Origin: Myxococcota bacterium
GTDB taxonomy: Bacteria > Myxococcota_A > Polyangia > JAAYKL01
Assembly (NCBI GenBank): GCA_025453525.1
Contig: JALOQD010000028.1
Location: forward strand, 1 to 42,539
Length of the DNA: 42,539 nucleotides
Direction of reading: 5' to 3'
Shown: positions 1 through 9,783 of the stretch, piece after piece
Position numbering within the stretch: the stretch's first letter is position 1
Layout: the number at the start of each line of letters is the position of its first letter
The notes under the pieces: model-generated
Databases searched by the model: none
What the model was told of the DNA's origin: nothing
What the model saw: only the letters and a program-made list of their open reading frames with translations
Program-made: the position numbers and the translations under genes

Positions 1-3000
1 AAGATCTCCATCCGCGACAAGGTGCTGGGAGGGTAGGGCTGTCCGTCGTTCTCGAGCACCAGCGAGGGATACCCATTGGAGCGCGCCCACGGGACGTACA
101 CCCCCTCGAGCAGCCGCCCGGGCAGGCAGGCAAAAGGAGAGATGATCACCACGCCACTCCAGTCCGCGTCCATGGCCTTTGCCCCGACTCCGGAGGAGAC
201 AGTGGCCTCGCTTTCGAGGGTCTTGTCGATGAAGAGCTTCTCCGCGTTCTCGACGATGGCGCCCATGTCGTGGGGCGCGCGCACGAGGAGGCCAGTGGGC
301 AACAGGTGACGCGCGATTTTGAACTCGATGATGTCTTTGTAGAGCTTTTCCAGGTGGAAAAGGGCGCGATCCTTAAGGGTGCCGCTCGCAACGGAGCGCA
401 GCAGGCCCTGACGCTTGTGCCGAGAATCGAGCTCGCGCTTGCGGGTATGGTCCATGTACCGAACCCACTCGGTGATATCGGTGACCTTTGGAAAGATGCC
501 TTGGTCGACGAGGTAGTCGCTCACCTCCCGCACCGAGAACGTGTCGCGACGGACGAAGATTTCGCCCACGACGAGGACCTTTCGCAGATCGCTCAAGGTT
601 CGGCGGCGTGGGATGGCGGCGAGCGTCATTCCGACGTCCGCAAGGACCGACTCCAGCGCGGATACTTCCTCTTCGATGGCAGCGACGATCCTTGCCCATT
701 GCTCTGCAAAAACGGCCAATCCGGCGTCGACATCCCTGCCGAGCAAGCGAATGCCCAGACGCAGGTCGGTGAAGTAGTCGCCCAGCGTAAGGGCCCACCA
801 CATCCAACGGTTGAACGTTGGGCCGAGCTCGCGGTAGGAATTGTCGGCCTCTGCGACCAAGATAATCGCGTTCTCAAAGCCGAGCTCATCGAGCAGGCGT
901 TCGAAGTAAACGTAGTACTGCCCGGTTCGGCACGGACCTGAAGTCGAGGGGACGAAGAACAAAAAGAGATCCTTTTTTTGGTCGTCGCGTTGCCGCTGCA
1001 TGAACTCTAGGATCGAGCCGAGCACGAGCAGCGCGGGGATGCACTCCTTGCCAGAGGCCACGCTGCGCGCCAGTTGTCCGGTCCGCGCGGTGGGCACAGG
1101 CAGGAACGTGGAGTGCACACCGGCCCTTCTTGCCGCGGCCGAGGCGGCTTCGGTGGACAGATCGCCCATGGAGGGAAAGACCACGGTGATGCCCGGACTG
1201 CGGATATCGATGCGGCGACCTGTATGGGAGTCGACGACGTCGGCGAATTCCTTCTTTTTCGCGATCCGGTAGCGCCGTCCGACTCGAGGCTCCATCGGAG
1301 TGAGGTCCGCTCGGGAAAAGCTTTCTACTACGTCGAGGAAGGCTTCGATGCGGGTGTCGAGCCCGGCATCCGCGGTGTGCGAGTCGATTTCGAGCACCAG
1401 ATAGGGCTTGTTGCCGAGCATCCAACGCAGGTAATGGAGCATGAAGGAGTCCGGTGCGCAGGAGAAGTTGGAAACCCAGCACAAGTAGAGGTTTGGGGTC
1501 GAGGCGACGCGGACTGCAGCCTTCATGTCCTGCTGCCCGTAGTGCCAATACATATTGGGGTAGATGGGCGCTTTTTCGTCGAACACCATATCGAACGGCA
1601 CCACGCTCACGCCCTGGGACGTGAGCTTGCGCGGAATGCCCATATTGGCGTCGCGGGTGAACGCGTTATAGGGACGCCCCAGCAACGCCACAAAGGTGCG
1701 GGTTGGGTGAGAGGCGATTTCTTCGAGGACTTTTTCCCCGAGCGTCTTGTAGGCTTCGAGATAGCGTTGGTACTGCTGTATGCCGACGTCGTAGGCAGCG
1801 CCCCCCTGCGCCTTCGTGAAGCCGAGCCGCTCTGCAACTTCGACGAATGCCGGACGAGAGGCCGCAAGGCCGCTTCGGAAAGTCACATGGGGCCGAAGCA
1901 GCTGGTGTTCGCTGATGTCGAATGCCTTGCGGGCGAAAAACGGCAGACCTTGGGTGAGAGGGCAGACCGTGCCGTGTTGAATCTCGGGCTCCATGGACGG
2001 CATGTCCGTGAAGTGCGGTAAGAAGATGTAGTCGACGCCTTTGTCGAGCACGTTTTGCACCGCGCCATGGGCGATTTCCGCTGGGTAGCAATAGGAGCTC
2101 TCGGTCTTGGCGATGCCGTCCTGGCTGATGCCGTCCGACAAGACCGTGCGCACTCCGAGGGTGTGGAAGAACCACGCGTACATGGGCCATAGGGAGTGGA
2201 ATGAGAAGGCCTTTGGCACGCCCACCACGCGCTGGCTGCGGGCCACGAGGGTCGAAGGGTCGGGAGCGAAGTCCTCGGTGAGCATTTTTGTACGTGTTTC
2301 GACGTAGTCTCTCACATGCTGGGTGTCTGCGCGGCGGCGTCTTTCCACGGTGAACTTCGAACACCGACCTCCAAAGGGGTAGCGCCGTCCATCCACTTCG
2401 AGGTTGCGGATCTCGCAGAGGTTATCGCAAGCCTTACAGGTGAACACTCCGCGATGGACGATGTCTTTGCTGGCCATGGCCTCTAGACTAAAGGCGCCCT
2501 GCGCGAGTAAGCCTTCTTCTGCCTTTCGCCGCGCGAGCAGCGCGACTCCGAAGCAGCCGAGGAGCTCGGGATCCGGGGGCACGGTGATGGACCGGCCCGT
2601 GATCTGCGCGAACGCCAGGGGAATGGCGGGGTTCTTGGCCACTCCGCCTTGCAACGCGATTCGATGGCCGATGGTGCGGTTGCCGACGACGCGGTTGAGG
2701 TAGTTCGACACGACGGAAAAGACCACGCCAGCGGTGATGTCTTGCCGGGTCGAACCCTCGCCGATCGCCTTGCGAATGTCGGAGTTGATGAAGGCCGAGC
2801 AGTGCTCGCCGAATTTGAGTGGAGCCTTTGCCGACAGGGCGACTCTGCCGATGTCGGTGACGTTGGTGATGTTCAAGTCACCAGAGGCGGACTCCTCGAG
2901 AAACGAGCCAGTGCCTGCCGAGCAGGCCTCGTTCATGGCGTAGTCGATGGGCACGCCGCCTTGGAGCCGGATGTACTTGGCATCCTGCCCGCCGATTTCG

Positions 3001-4238
3001 AAAATCGTATCAACCTCGGGCGCGAAGAACGACGTGCCCACGGCGTGAGAGACGATTTCATTGTAGACGCCATCGGTTTCGAGGAACACTCCGAGCAGCT
3101 CCCGGGACGAGCCCGTGGTGGCGACCAGCGTGATCCGCGGCGAGGCAAAAGAGCCGATCTGCGCCCGGATTTCGTCGATGCAGCCGCGCAGGGCCTCCAC
3201 GGGCTTGCCATGTGTTCTGCCGTAGTGAGCAGCGACGATTTCGAGGCTTTGCGCGTCGATGAGCGCAGCTTTGGTCGTGGTTGAACCGCCGTCGACTCCG
3301 AGGATGTAGGTTCTATTTGGGTTGTACGAGGCCCGGCGGGCTTGGCCGTGGTGCACGAGCGCGCTCGCGTCGCACAGCGGAGGATAGTTATCGCAGGAAG
3401 GGCGATCGGCGACTTGGAGCAGGGCCTCTGCGCCTGGTCGCAAGGCTCCTCGAGCGAGCGCCAGGTGCGCGGCTCCGAACGCTTCGAAGTACGGAGCCTG
3501 CTCGGGCACGACAAACCGGATGTCGCTCCACGCTTCGCGAAGGAACCCGACGAGAAACCGATTGCGCGTGCCACCGCCGATGAGCACGACCTCTCCGTCG
3601 CGAATGCGGGCCTTGACGAGGAAGTCCGAGACCTTGTCTGCCATCACCTTGCACAGAGACAGGGCGATATCGCCAGGCGTCGCCTCGCCTTTGTTGAGCC
3701 TGTGCGTGCAGTCCGACTTCATGAACACCGAGCAACGGGCCGAGAGGCGGAGCACCTTGGCGCCGTGAGCGACCTCGGCGAGCTCTTCGATGCAGAGCCC
3801 CATTCGACCCAGCTGTTGGCGGAAGAACTCGCCCGTACCAGAAGCGCATTTGTTGCCGGCAAACGTGCCGACGACTCTTCTGTCCTGCGAAATCGCGTAG
3901 ACGGCCAAATCCTCGCCGCCTATGGACACCACGGCTCGCGGTCGCAGCTCGAGCGCGGTGAGTCCGGCCTCGATGGCAATCGGAGCGATGACGTCTGGAA
4001 GGGCCAGGCGTTTGCGACTCGTGGCCCCGGTGACGAGCGCGCACCCCTGCTGCAACGCCCCGAGGACGGCGGGTCGAGCGGCGATCGCGCGCATGGTCGA
4101 GGCGATATCGCCTTCATGGGGAATCACGACCGAGTCGCAAACGGCGTTTTCCTGCAGGACGCACGCTTTAACAGTTGTCGAGCCGATATCGAATCCAACG
4201 AAGCCGCACGGGAGCGCGCTCCAAAATTGCTCATTCAT
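1..4238 (-). CDS. 2-hydroxyacyl-CoA dehydratase activase (BadF/BadG/BcrA/BcrD ATPase x2 + DUF2229-like C-terminal part); 3' end outside the window
   Basis: Not in the ORF track, consistent with no stop inside the window. Hand translation from ATG 4238 gives MNEQFWSALPCGFVGFDIGSTTVKAC (ASKHA phosphate-1 motif), with a second motif ILGVDGGSTTTKAA near 3270-3305. The left edge reads GVVIISPFACLPGR...LENDG...SRMEI in the same frame. Confidence 0.9.
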   Translation of the reverse strand, partial: MNEQFWSALPCGFVGFDIGSTTVKACVLQENAVCDSVVIPHEGDIASTMRAIAARPAVLGALQQGCALVTGATSRKRLALPDVIAPIAIEAGLTALELRPRAVVSIGGEDLAVYAISQDRRVVGTFAGNKCASGTGEFFRQQLGRMGLCIEELAEVAHGAKVLRLSARCSVFMKSDCTHRLNKGEATPGDIALSLCKVMADKVSDFLVKARIRDGEVVLIGGGTRNRFLVGFLREAWSDIRFVVPEQAPYFEAFGAAHLALARGALRPGAEALLQVADRPSCDNYPPLCDASALVHHGQARRASYNPNRTYILGVDGGSTTTKAALIDAQSLEIVAAHYGRTHGKPVEALRGCIDEIRAQIGSFASPRITLVATTGSSRELLGVFLETDGVYNEIVSHAVGTSFFAPEVDTIFEIGGQDAKYIRLQGGVPIDYAMNEACSAGTGSFLEESASGDLNITNVTDIGRVALSAKAPLKFGEHCSAFINSDIRKAIGEGSTRQDITAGVVFSVVSNYLNRVVGNRTIGHRIALQGGVAKNPAIPLAFAQITGRSITVPPDPELLGCFGVALLARRKAEEGLLAQGAFSLEAMASKDIVHRGVFTCKACDNLCEIRNLEVDGRRYPFGGRCSKFTVERRRRADTQHVRDYVETRTKMLTEDFAPDPSTLVARSQRVVGVPKAFSFHSLWPMYAWFFHTLGVRTVLSDGISQDGIAKTESSYCYPAEIAHGAVQNVLDKGVDYIFLPHFTDMPSMEPEIQHGTVCPLTQGLPFFARKAFDISEHQLLRPHVTFRSGLAASRPAFVEVAERLGFTKAQGGAAYDVGIQQYQRYLEAYKTLGEKVLEEIASHPTRTFVALLGRPYNAFTRDANMGIPRKLTSQGVSVVPFDMVFDEKAPIYPNMYWHYGQQDMKAAVRVASTPNLYLCWVSNFSCAPDSFMLHYLRWMLGNKPYLVLEIDSHTADAGLDTRIEAFLDVVESFSRADLTPMEPRVGRRYRIAKKKEFADVVDSHTGRRIDIRSPGITVVFPSMGDLSTEAASAAARRAGVHSTFLPVPTARTGQLARSVASGKECIPALLVLGSILEFMQRQRDDQKKDLFLFFVPSTSGPCRTGQYYVYFERLLDELGFENAIILVAEADNSYRELGPTFNRWMWWALTLGDYFTDLRLGIRLLGRDVDAGLAVFAEQWARIVAAIEEEVSALESVLADVGMTLAAIPRRRTLSDLRKVLVVGEIFVRRDTFSVREVSDYLVDQGIFPKVTDITEWVRYMDHTRKRELDSRHKRQGLLRSVASGTLKDRALFHLEKLYKDIIEFKIARHLLPTGLLVRAPHDMGAIVENAEKLFIDKTLESEATVSSGVGAKAMDADWSGVVIISPFACLPGRLLEGVYVPWARSNGYPSLVLENDGQPYPPSTLSRMEI

Positions 4239-4397
4239 GTTGTCAACCACCAGGGCGTTCCTCAGAGTATCGTTCTGAGAGGGGGCTGTTGTGTTTCTCT
4301 GCGGCGCCAATTTATGATCGGCCCGAGCGCTTGACAATCGGGTAGTGAAGCAGGGGCGTCGTCGATGTGGGGTTTTCGGAACGAGCTTCTTCCCGCG

Positions 4398-5501
4398 CTA
4401 TTCTCGGTTGCCGAGGATGGCGCTGCGCTCTTCGAGTAACGTTGCGGCCTCTTGCGTTTGTCCGAGCTTGCGGTGGCACTCTGCCGCCTCTTGCAAGGCG
4501 TCGACCCGGCCAGGATATCCCGAATGATCGCGCAGCAGTCGACGGTAGAGCGCGACGGCCTTGCCGCAGCTCCCCTGGCGCTTTTCACAGCGAGCCAAAT
4601 AGTGGAGAGAGGTCGCCACAGAGGTCGGCGGCGCGTAGATGTCGTTGGCGACGATTTGGAGGCTCGGGCGAGCGGACTCGCAGTCCCCTCTCTGATAGGC
4701 GATGAGGGCCTGGCGAAGGAGAGGCGCTGAGGAGGCGGTGTCGGCCTTGCCTTTGGCCTGCTCTGAATACCGCCGCTGGCGTGCTCGGGTGTCGAGCTCC
4801 TCATCGGCCACTGCTTTCGAGGTCGCCCGTCGCACAGCTTCCGGAGGGTCAGCGGCGCTGTGCGAAGGGCTCGGTGCACCGGATGCCGCTGGTGGACCAC
4901 CGGCCGAAGTGCCCAAACGAGAGGGCGCGGCAGGCTCGAGGGCGCGAGCCGAACTCCGCGATCGGAGGCCTTCGTCCTGTGGAAGAGGCGATTCGGAGGC
5001 AGGAGGAACGATGGAGGGCGGAGCTGGCTCAGAACCGGCAGAGTGGGGAATTTCGGGCGGGGATTCACGCAGCGCCACTGAGGGAGGAGCGCCGTTTTCG
5101 CCCGCCATGTCGGGGTCCATGCGCAGAATCACGTAGGCGCCGACGGCCACGAGCGCGGTGGTCGCAGACAGCACCAACGCCGGTCGAAGGAAGAACCTCT
5201 GGAGCGTTTGGGCAAAGCTCGGGGCGCGCTCGATGCCGAGGCGGGCTTCGGAGGACTGGGGCCCCATCTGTAAGGCCTGTTTTCTGGCTGCTGCGAGGAT
5301 GGCGTCGTCGATGGCGGCGGGCGGCTCGAGCTGCGGCAGACGCTTTGAAAGGCGCCGAACGAGCATCAGGCTTTCGAGCTCTCCGCGGCAACGAGGACAG
5401 CGGGACGCGTGCTCGCGCAGGGGTTCGGATTCGCACTCCGATAGCTCTGCGTAACAAAGGTCGAGGAGGGCCTCGTCGAAGCGGTGGCATTCGTCGGTCA
5501 T
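4398..5501 (-). CDS. Anti-sigma factor: zf-HC2 domain, one TM helix, Pro/Ser linker, C-terminal TPR
   Basis: HASRCPRC (HxxxCxxC) motif; hydrophobic ALVLSATTALVAVGAYVIL; TPR-like SLHYLARCE...AVALYRRLLRDH; ATGA overlap with the ECF sigma stop. Confidence 0.85.
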   Translation of the reverse strand: MTDECHRFDEALLDLCYAELSECESEPLREHASRCPRCRGELESLMLVRRLSKRLPQLEPPAAIDDAILAAARKQALQMGPQSSEARLGIERAPSFAQTLQRFFLRPALVLSATTALVAVGAYVILRMDPDMAGENGAPPSVALRESPPEIPHSAGSEPAPPSIVPPASESPLPQDEGLRSRSSARALEPAAPSRLGTSAGGPPAASGAPSPSHSAADPPEAVRRATSKAVADEELDTRARQRRYSEQAKGKADTASSAPLLRQALIAYQRGDCESARPSLQIVANDIYAPPTSVATSLHYLARCEKRQGSCGKAVALYRRLLRDHSGYPGRVDALQEAAECHRKLGQTQEAATLLEERSAILGNRE

Positions 5502-6097
5502 TGGAGGGTCCTCGCGTAGTCTTCGTACGGCGAGAGCGCTCGTCGGAGGGCCTCGAGCGCGTACCGCATCCGACTTTTAATGGTTCCCTCCTTCGCGCCC
5601 ACGACTTCGGCGATCTCCTTAAACGACAGGCCGTGGTACTCGCGCAGCAGGAAGACCTCTTTCTGTTCTTCCGGAAGAGTCTCGATGGCGTCTGACAGGT
5701 CTTTCTTGAGGCGTTCTGAGATGACACCGCGGTCGGCCAAGGGCTCTTCGCTGTGGATCTGCTCGGACAGGGGGCGACCTTCGTCGGCAGTGGGCTGATC
5801 GAGGGACTGATGACGTCGGTGTTGCTGTCTGCGCGACGCGTCGATGGCCACGTTTCTGGCGATGGTGAAGATCCAGGTGGCGACCCGCGAGCCATGGCGG
5901 AACCCTCCTCCGCTGCGAACGAGCCGCAGAAAGGTCTCCTGCGTGAGATCCGCGGCTCGATCCGGAGCGCTGGAAAAGCGCAATACGAACGAGAAGACCG
6001 GCCCGCGATATCGCCGGTACAGCTGGTCGAACGCGCACGCATCACCGCCTTGAAAGCAAGTCATGAGCTCCTCGTCTGTGTCGTGCCTGGCGGTCAT
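5498..6097 (-). CDS. ECF (sigma-70 group IV) RNA polymerase sigma factor
   Basis: Region 2 DLTQETFLRL...TWIFTIARN; region 4 LPEEQKEVFLLREYHGLSFKEIAEVVG..EGTIKSRMRYA. Confidence 0.95.
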   Translation of the reverse strand: MTARHDTDEELMTCFQGGDACAFDQLYRRYRGPVFSFVLRFSSAPDRAADLTQETFLRLVRSGGGFRHGSRVATWIFTIARNVAIDASRRQQHRRHQSLDQPTADEGRPLSEQIHSEEPLADRGVISERLKKDLSDAIETLPEEQKEVFLLREYHGLSFKEIAEVVGAKEGTIKSRMRYALEALRRALSPYEDYARTLQ

Positions 6098-6533
6098 TTG
6101 CGTTCCGTAGCTCGGTAATCTGCCAGCCGAGGCACATCGGACCCCGCCTGCCCAGGGTCCGATTCACACCTTTCAAAAGAAGGACGTGCGCGGCGGCGTT
6201 TTGGATCTATTCTGTTGGGCGGAGGGTATAGGTTTGACCGTTTCGGTGTCAAAGATTATCGTTATTCTGTTTTCTTGAGTGTATATTGCATGCAAACGTT
6301 TTTCGTCGCGTTTCCGCATGCACTTTGGGATCGCAGGAATTCCAAAGAGGTGAGCCGAGTAGCAGACGCGATGTTGGATGCGGAAGAATAACTTGTAGTT
6401 TCATGATTTTGTGCCTGTGGTCCGACGTTGACAGTGCTAGCTCTTTTCGTTATTAATTTTGGCACACGCGCTATTTGCACTGTTTGTCGAGGGCTGCGGG
6501 TCGAAGAAGGCCGAAGGCCGAGAGGGAAGCAAC

Positions 6534-7352
6534 ATGTACGAGCCGCGTAGATTCTCTTTGGTGCTGGGCGCTGTTTTGGGGATCGCCCTGAGCTGGCCTG
6601 TCGGTGCGGGCGCGCAAACCGGCAAGAGCGCTGCTCCAAAGCCCGAGCCGGCCGCCGCCGGAGGCAGCGTTGGCGCGGCAGCTCCGGCCGCGGACCCGCC
6701 AGCCGCAGCTCCCAATGCGGCAGCTCCCAAAGCCGCAGCTCCCAATGCCGCAGTTCCCGATGCCGCAGCCAAGGGCGGCCAAGAGATAAAAAAGGGAACC
6801 TACGCAGTGAGGCTGCGCGATTTGGAAGATCGCATCAACCGACTCAAGGAGCAGATTTTCCGCTCCAAGGCGCGGTTGTCGCTCCTCGCGGAGACCGTCC
6901 TCGATCGCAAGATCGCTGGCTCCAAGGCCTCGATTGTGTTCCGCAACGAGATGGGCGGCTCGTTTCGTTTGATCAAGGCCACGTTCCTCCTCGATGGAGG
7001 CCCAGTGTTCAATAAGGCGGACGAAACCGGCAGCCTGTCTGACCGCGAGCAGATCGACCTGTTCGACGGACCGGTGATGCCAGGGGATCACACCGTCAGC
7101 GTCGTGCTCAATTTCCGCGGCCATGGGTATGGGATTTTCTCGTATTTGAAGGGCTATTCCTTCAAGACGCGGTCGAGTCGCACGTTCACCGTGAATGAAG
7201 GGAAATCTTTGCGCGTGGAAGTCGTCGCCTACGAGAAAGGCGGTGTGACAACGCCCCTCGACGAGCGTCCAGCCGTGCGCTACGTCGAGAATGTCGTCGA
7301 GTACCAGAATTCGGAGCAGGCACAAGAGCGGCAGCCCGAGGCGCAGCAGTGA
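6534..7352 (+). CDS. Secreted hypothetical protein (signal peptide, Ala/Pro linker, coiled coil, beta-rich C-terminal domain), first gene of the Glt-like cluster
   Basis: GAGGG RBS before ATG 6534; signal peptide ...LGIALSWPVGAGA|Q; coiled coil RLRDLEDRINRLKEQIFRSKARL. Confidence 0.75.
   Translation: MYEPRRFSLVLGAVLGIALSWPVGAGAQTGKSAAPKPEPAAAGGSVGAAAPAADPPAAAPNAAAPKAAAPNAAVPDAAAKGGQEIKKGTYAVRLRDLEDRINRLKEQIFRSKARLSLLAETVLDRKIAGSKASIVFRNEMGGSFRLIKATFLLDGGPVFNKADETGSLSDREQIDLFDGPVMPGDHTVSVVLNFRGHGYGIFSYLKGYSFKTRSSRTFTVNEGKSLRVEVVAYEKGGVTTPLDERPAVRYVENVVEYQNSEQAQERQPEAQQ
6702..6770 (+). repeat. 15-bp coding tandem repeat, about 4.6 copies (AAAPN/AAAPK/AAAPN/AAVPD)
   Basis: gccgcagctcccaat gcggcagctcccaaa gccgcagctcccaat gccgcagttcccgat gccgcagcc. 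Confidence 0.9.
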
Positions 7353-7456
7353 GGGCAGAGCTCATGTCGAATCGCACCCTAGGAGCCTGTCGGAAAATAG
7401 ATCTCCGGCTGCAAAGCAGCGGAGCATCCGATCTGCGGCCCACAAGAGGTGGGCAC

Positions 7457-9783
7457 ATGCAACCAGCATGCACCCACCGCTTGTGCTCCACATCTCGAAC
7501 GCTCGGCCGCTTTTCGCTTCGGAGTCTTTTTCCCGACAGTCTCCTAGCGAGCGCTGGTCGAGGCGCTGTCGTTGCCTTGAGCGTGTGCCTGATGGCCTCG
7601 CCGGCCGTAGCCGCGGGCGACTCAGTGGCCAAGCTTCGGGCAGAGATCCAGGATATCGCGCGGGAGGCCGATTCCCTTGCTGGTCAGTATCTCAAGACCG
7701 GGAGTCTGCAGGGAAACCAGTACGCTGCCGAGCGACTCATCGACGGCGCATCGTCTTTCTCGACATCATCGAAAATCACCCCGGGAATGTCGCTTACGGC
7801 GATGCTCTCTATTATTACGCGGATTCGCTTTTCCTCGCGCGGGACTACCTCGGCGCCAAGGATTGGTTCACCCGGCTGCTCAACGAACGCACCAAGCCCG
7901 GAGTCGCGGCCCATACGCAACAGGCGATTGAGAGGCTCATCGAGATCGCGATTCACCTGGACAAGTTCGATGGAATCGAAGCGTATTTCTCTCAACTCGG
8001 ACAGGTGCCGAGCGAGGACGCGCGCTACACAAAAGGTAAATTCCTCTATTTCAAAGGTGACCTCGCGGCGGCCCTCACCGAGTTCGAAGCCATTCGAGGC
8101 GGTTCCCTCGTGGGGCTGAAGGCCGCCTACCTCAAGACCGCCGTGCTCACGAGGCAGGGGCGCTTTCAGGACGCCATCGCGGTCGTCAATCTAGCCCGCG
8201 AGCACAAGGCCAAGAACCCAGAGGAACAGGAGATCGTCGACCTGCTCAACCTCGCTGCGGGACGTCTGTACTACGAGCAGAATTTTATCGAGCACGCTTC
8301 GGAGTGCTATCAGAGGATAAACAATAGATCCCCTTATTTCGACGTCGCTCTATACGAAGCCGCCACCGTGCTGATCCGTTCGGGTGACGCCATCCGGGCC
8401 GAGCGCGTGCTGGAGGTTCTGACCGTGGCGATCCCGGACAGCAAGTACATCCCGAGGGCCAAGATGCTCCGGGGCAACTTGCTGCTGCGCACTGGGCGCT
8501 ACGAGGAAGCCGAGAAGGTCTTTTCCGAGATGTCCGACGAGTTTGGTCCGGTCATGAATGAGCTGGATCGGCTGATCTCCGAGCAGCAGGACACTCGGAA
8601 GTTCTTCGGCGATCTCGTCAAACGCTCCATCTCTTCATTGGACAACCAGTCGGCGTTGCCGCCCCTGGTGGTGAAGTGGGTGGGAGAGGAGCGCGACGTG
8701 CAGCACGCGCTCGGGCTCGCGGCCGACATCGGGACCGTGCGCGAGACGGTTCAGGACGCGGAGCGGCTGATTCGCCTGCTCGAAGCGGTCATCAATGGGC
8801 CCAGCAGAGTGAATGCGATTCCGATTCTGCGCGACGCGATGCGCAGGGCTCAACAGCTTCAGAACCGCTTGGTGCAAATGAGAGCCAAGCTCTTGTCTGT
8901 GGCGGAAAAGGAGTTCGCCGGCTCCTCCGAGCTCGCCCAACTCGCGGCCGAACGGCGCGCGTTGACCTCGCAGCTCAAGGCCCTGCCCACGACCGTGAGC
9001 GCCTTTGAGACGCGCGAAAACGAGTCTCGCAAGGTCTTCGAGAGGATGCACAAAGAGCTCTCTCGAAACGAGGTCAGAGTGGACCAGCTCTCCGCCATGA
9101 TCGTCGCCATCGACCGCTTCATCGCAGATCCCAGGTACACCGAAGGCGCGGATCCGGCTGCGGTGGCCGCACTTTCGGACGAGCTCGCCCGGCACAAGGT
9201 GGCGGTCGCGGGAATGGCGAGTGATTTGGGTATGCTCAAGGGGGATGTGGACGGCGCGCGTTACCAAGTGGGCGTGGGCGATTCGGCCGACGAGAGCGAT
9301 CGAGCTCTGGCAGATAGGTTGAAGGCCATCTCAGGGCGGCAGCGGCAGATATTCGCCTCTCGCGGGCCTGTCGGACAGAGCCTGGACCAGGCACTCGTAG
9401 AAGTGGACGCTACGGATGGCACCCTCCAGCGGTTTGCACAAGAGGTGGATGCCGAGGCGCGTCGCAGAGTCGAGGAAATGCGGCAGCTCGTTTCGTCGGA
9501 GCGGGACGCAGTGGTGACCTACAAATCAGATTTGGTTGTTCTGGGCGACGAGGCTCAGACTGTCGTGGGTGATATTACCTACGCCAACTTCAGCAACGTT
9601 CGGCGCAAGTTTCAGGATCTCATTCTCAAGGCAGACGTGGGGATTATCGACGTCGCGTGGCTGCGCAAGGAGGAGCATTCGTCTCGGCGAGACGAGCTGA
9701 CCAAGGAGCGGCTGCAGGACATCAGAATACTGGATGACGAGTTCCAAGAGGTCCGAACCGAAGAAGCGGAGTCGCGTCCCTGA
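7457..9783 (+). pseudogene. Frameshifted secreted TPR/coiled-coil protein (GltC/NfsC-like position in the cluster)
   Basis: The signal peptide and ...AERLIDG are in the 7349 frame. IVFLDIIENHP and the TPRs continue in the 7291 frame from 7750. The start (7457, after GAGGT) is uncertain. Confidence 0.7.

Noticed and set aside
76-4334. Many medium-length ORFs in the track (e.g. 270-941, 1074-2021, 3342-4334)
   Set aside because: Shadow frames of the single minus-strand activase gene in high-GC DNA
6455-6480. Sigma-54 promoter candidates at TGGCAC/TGGCA (6460, 14865, 18712)
   Set aside because: No TTGC at the required GG-N10-GC spacing
7740-7760. Programmed ribosomal frameshift in the first TPR gene
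   Set aside because: No slippery sequence, and part of a TPR helix appears to be physically missing
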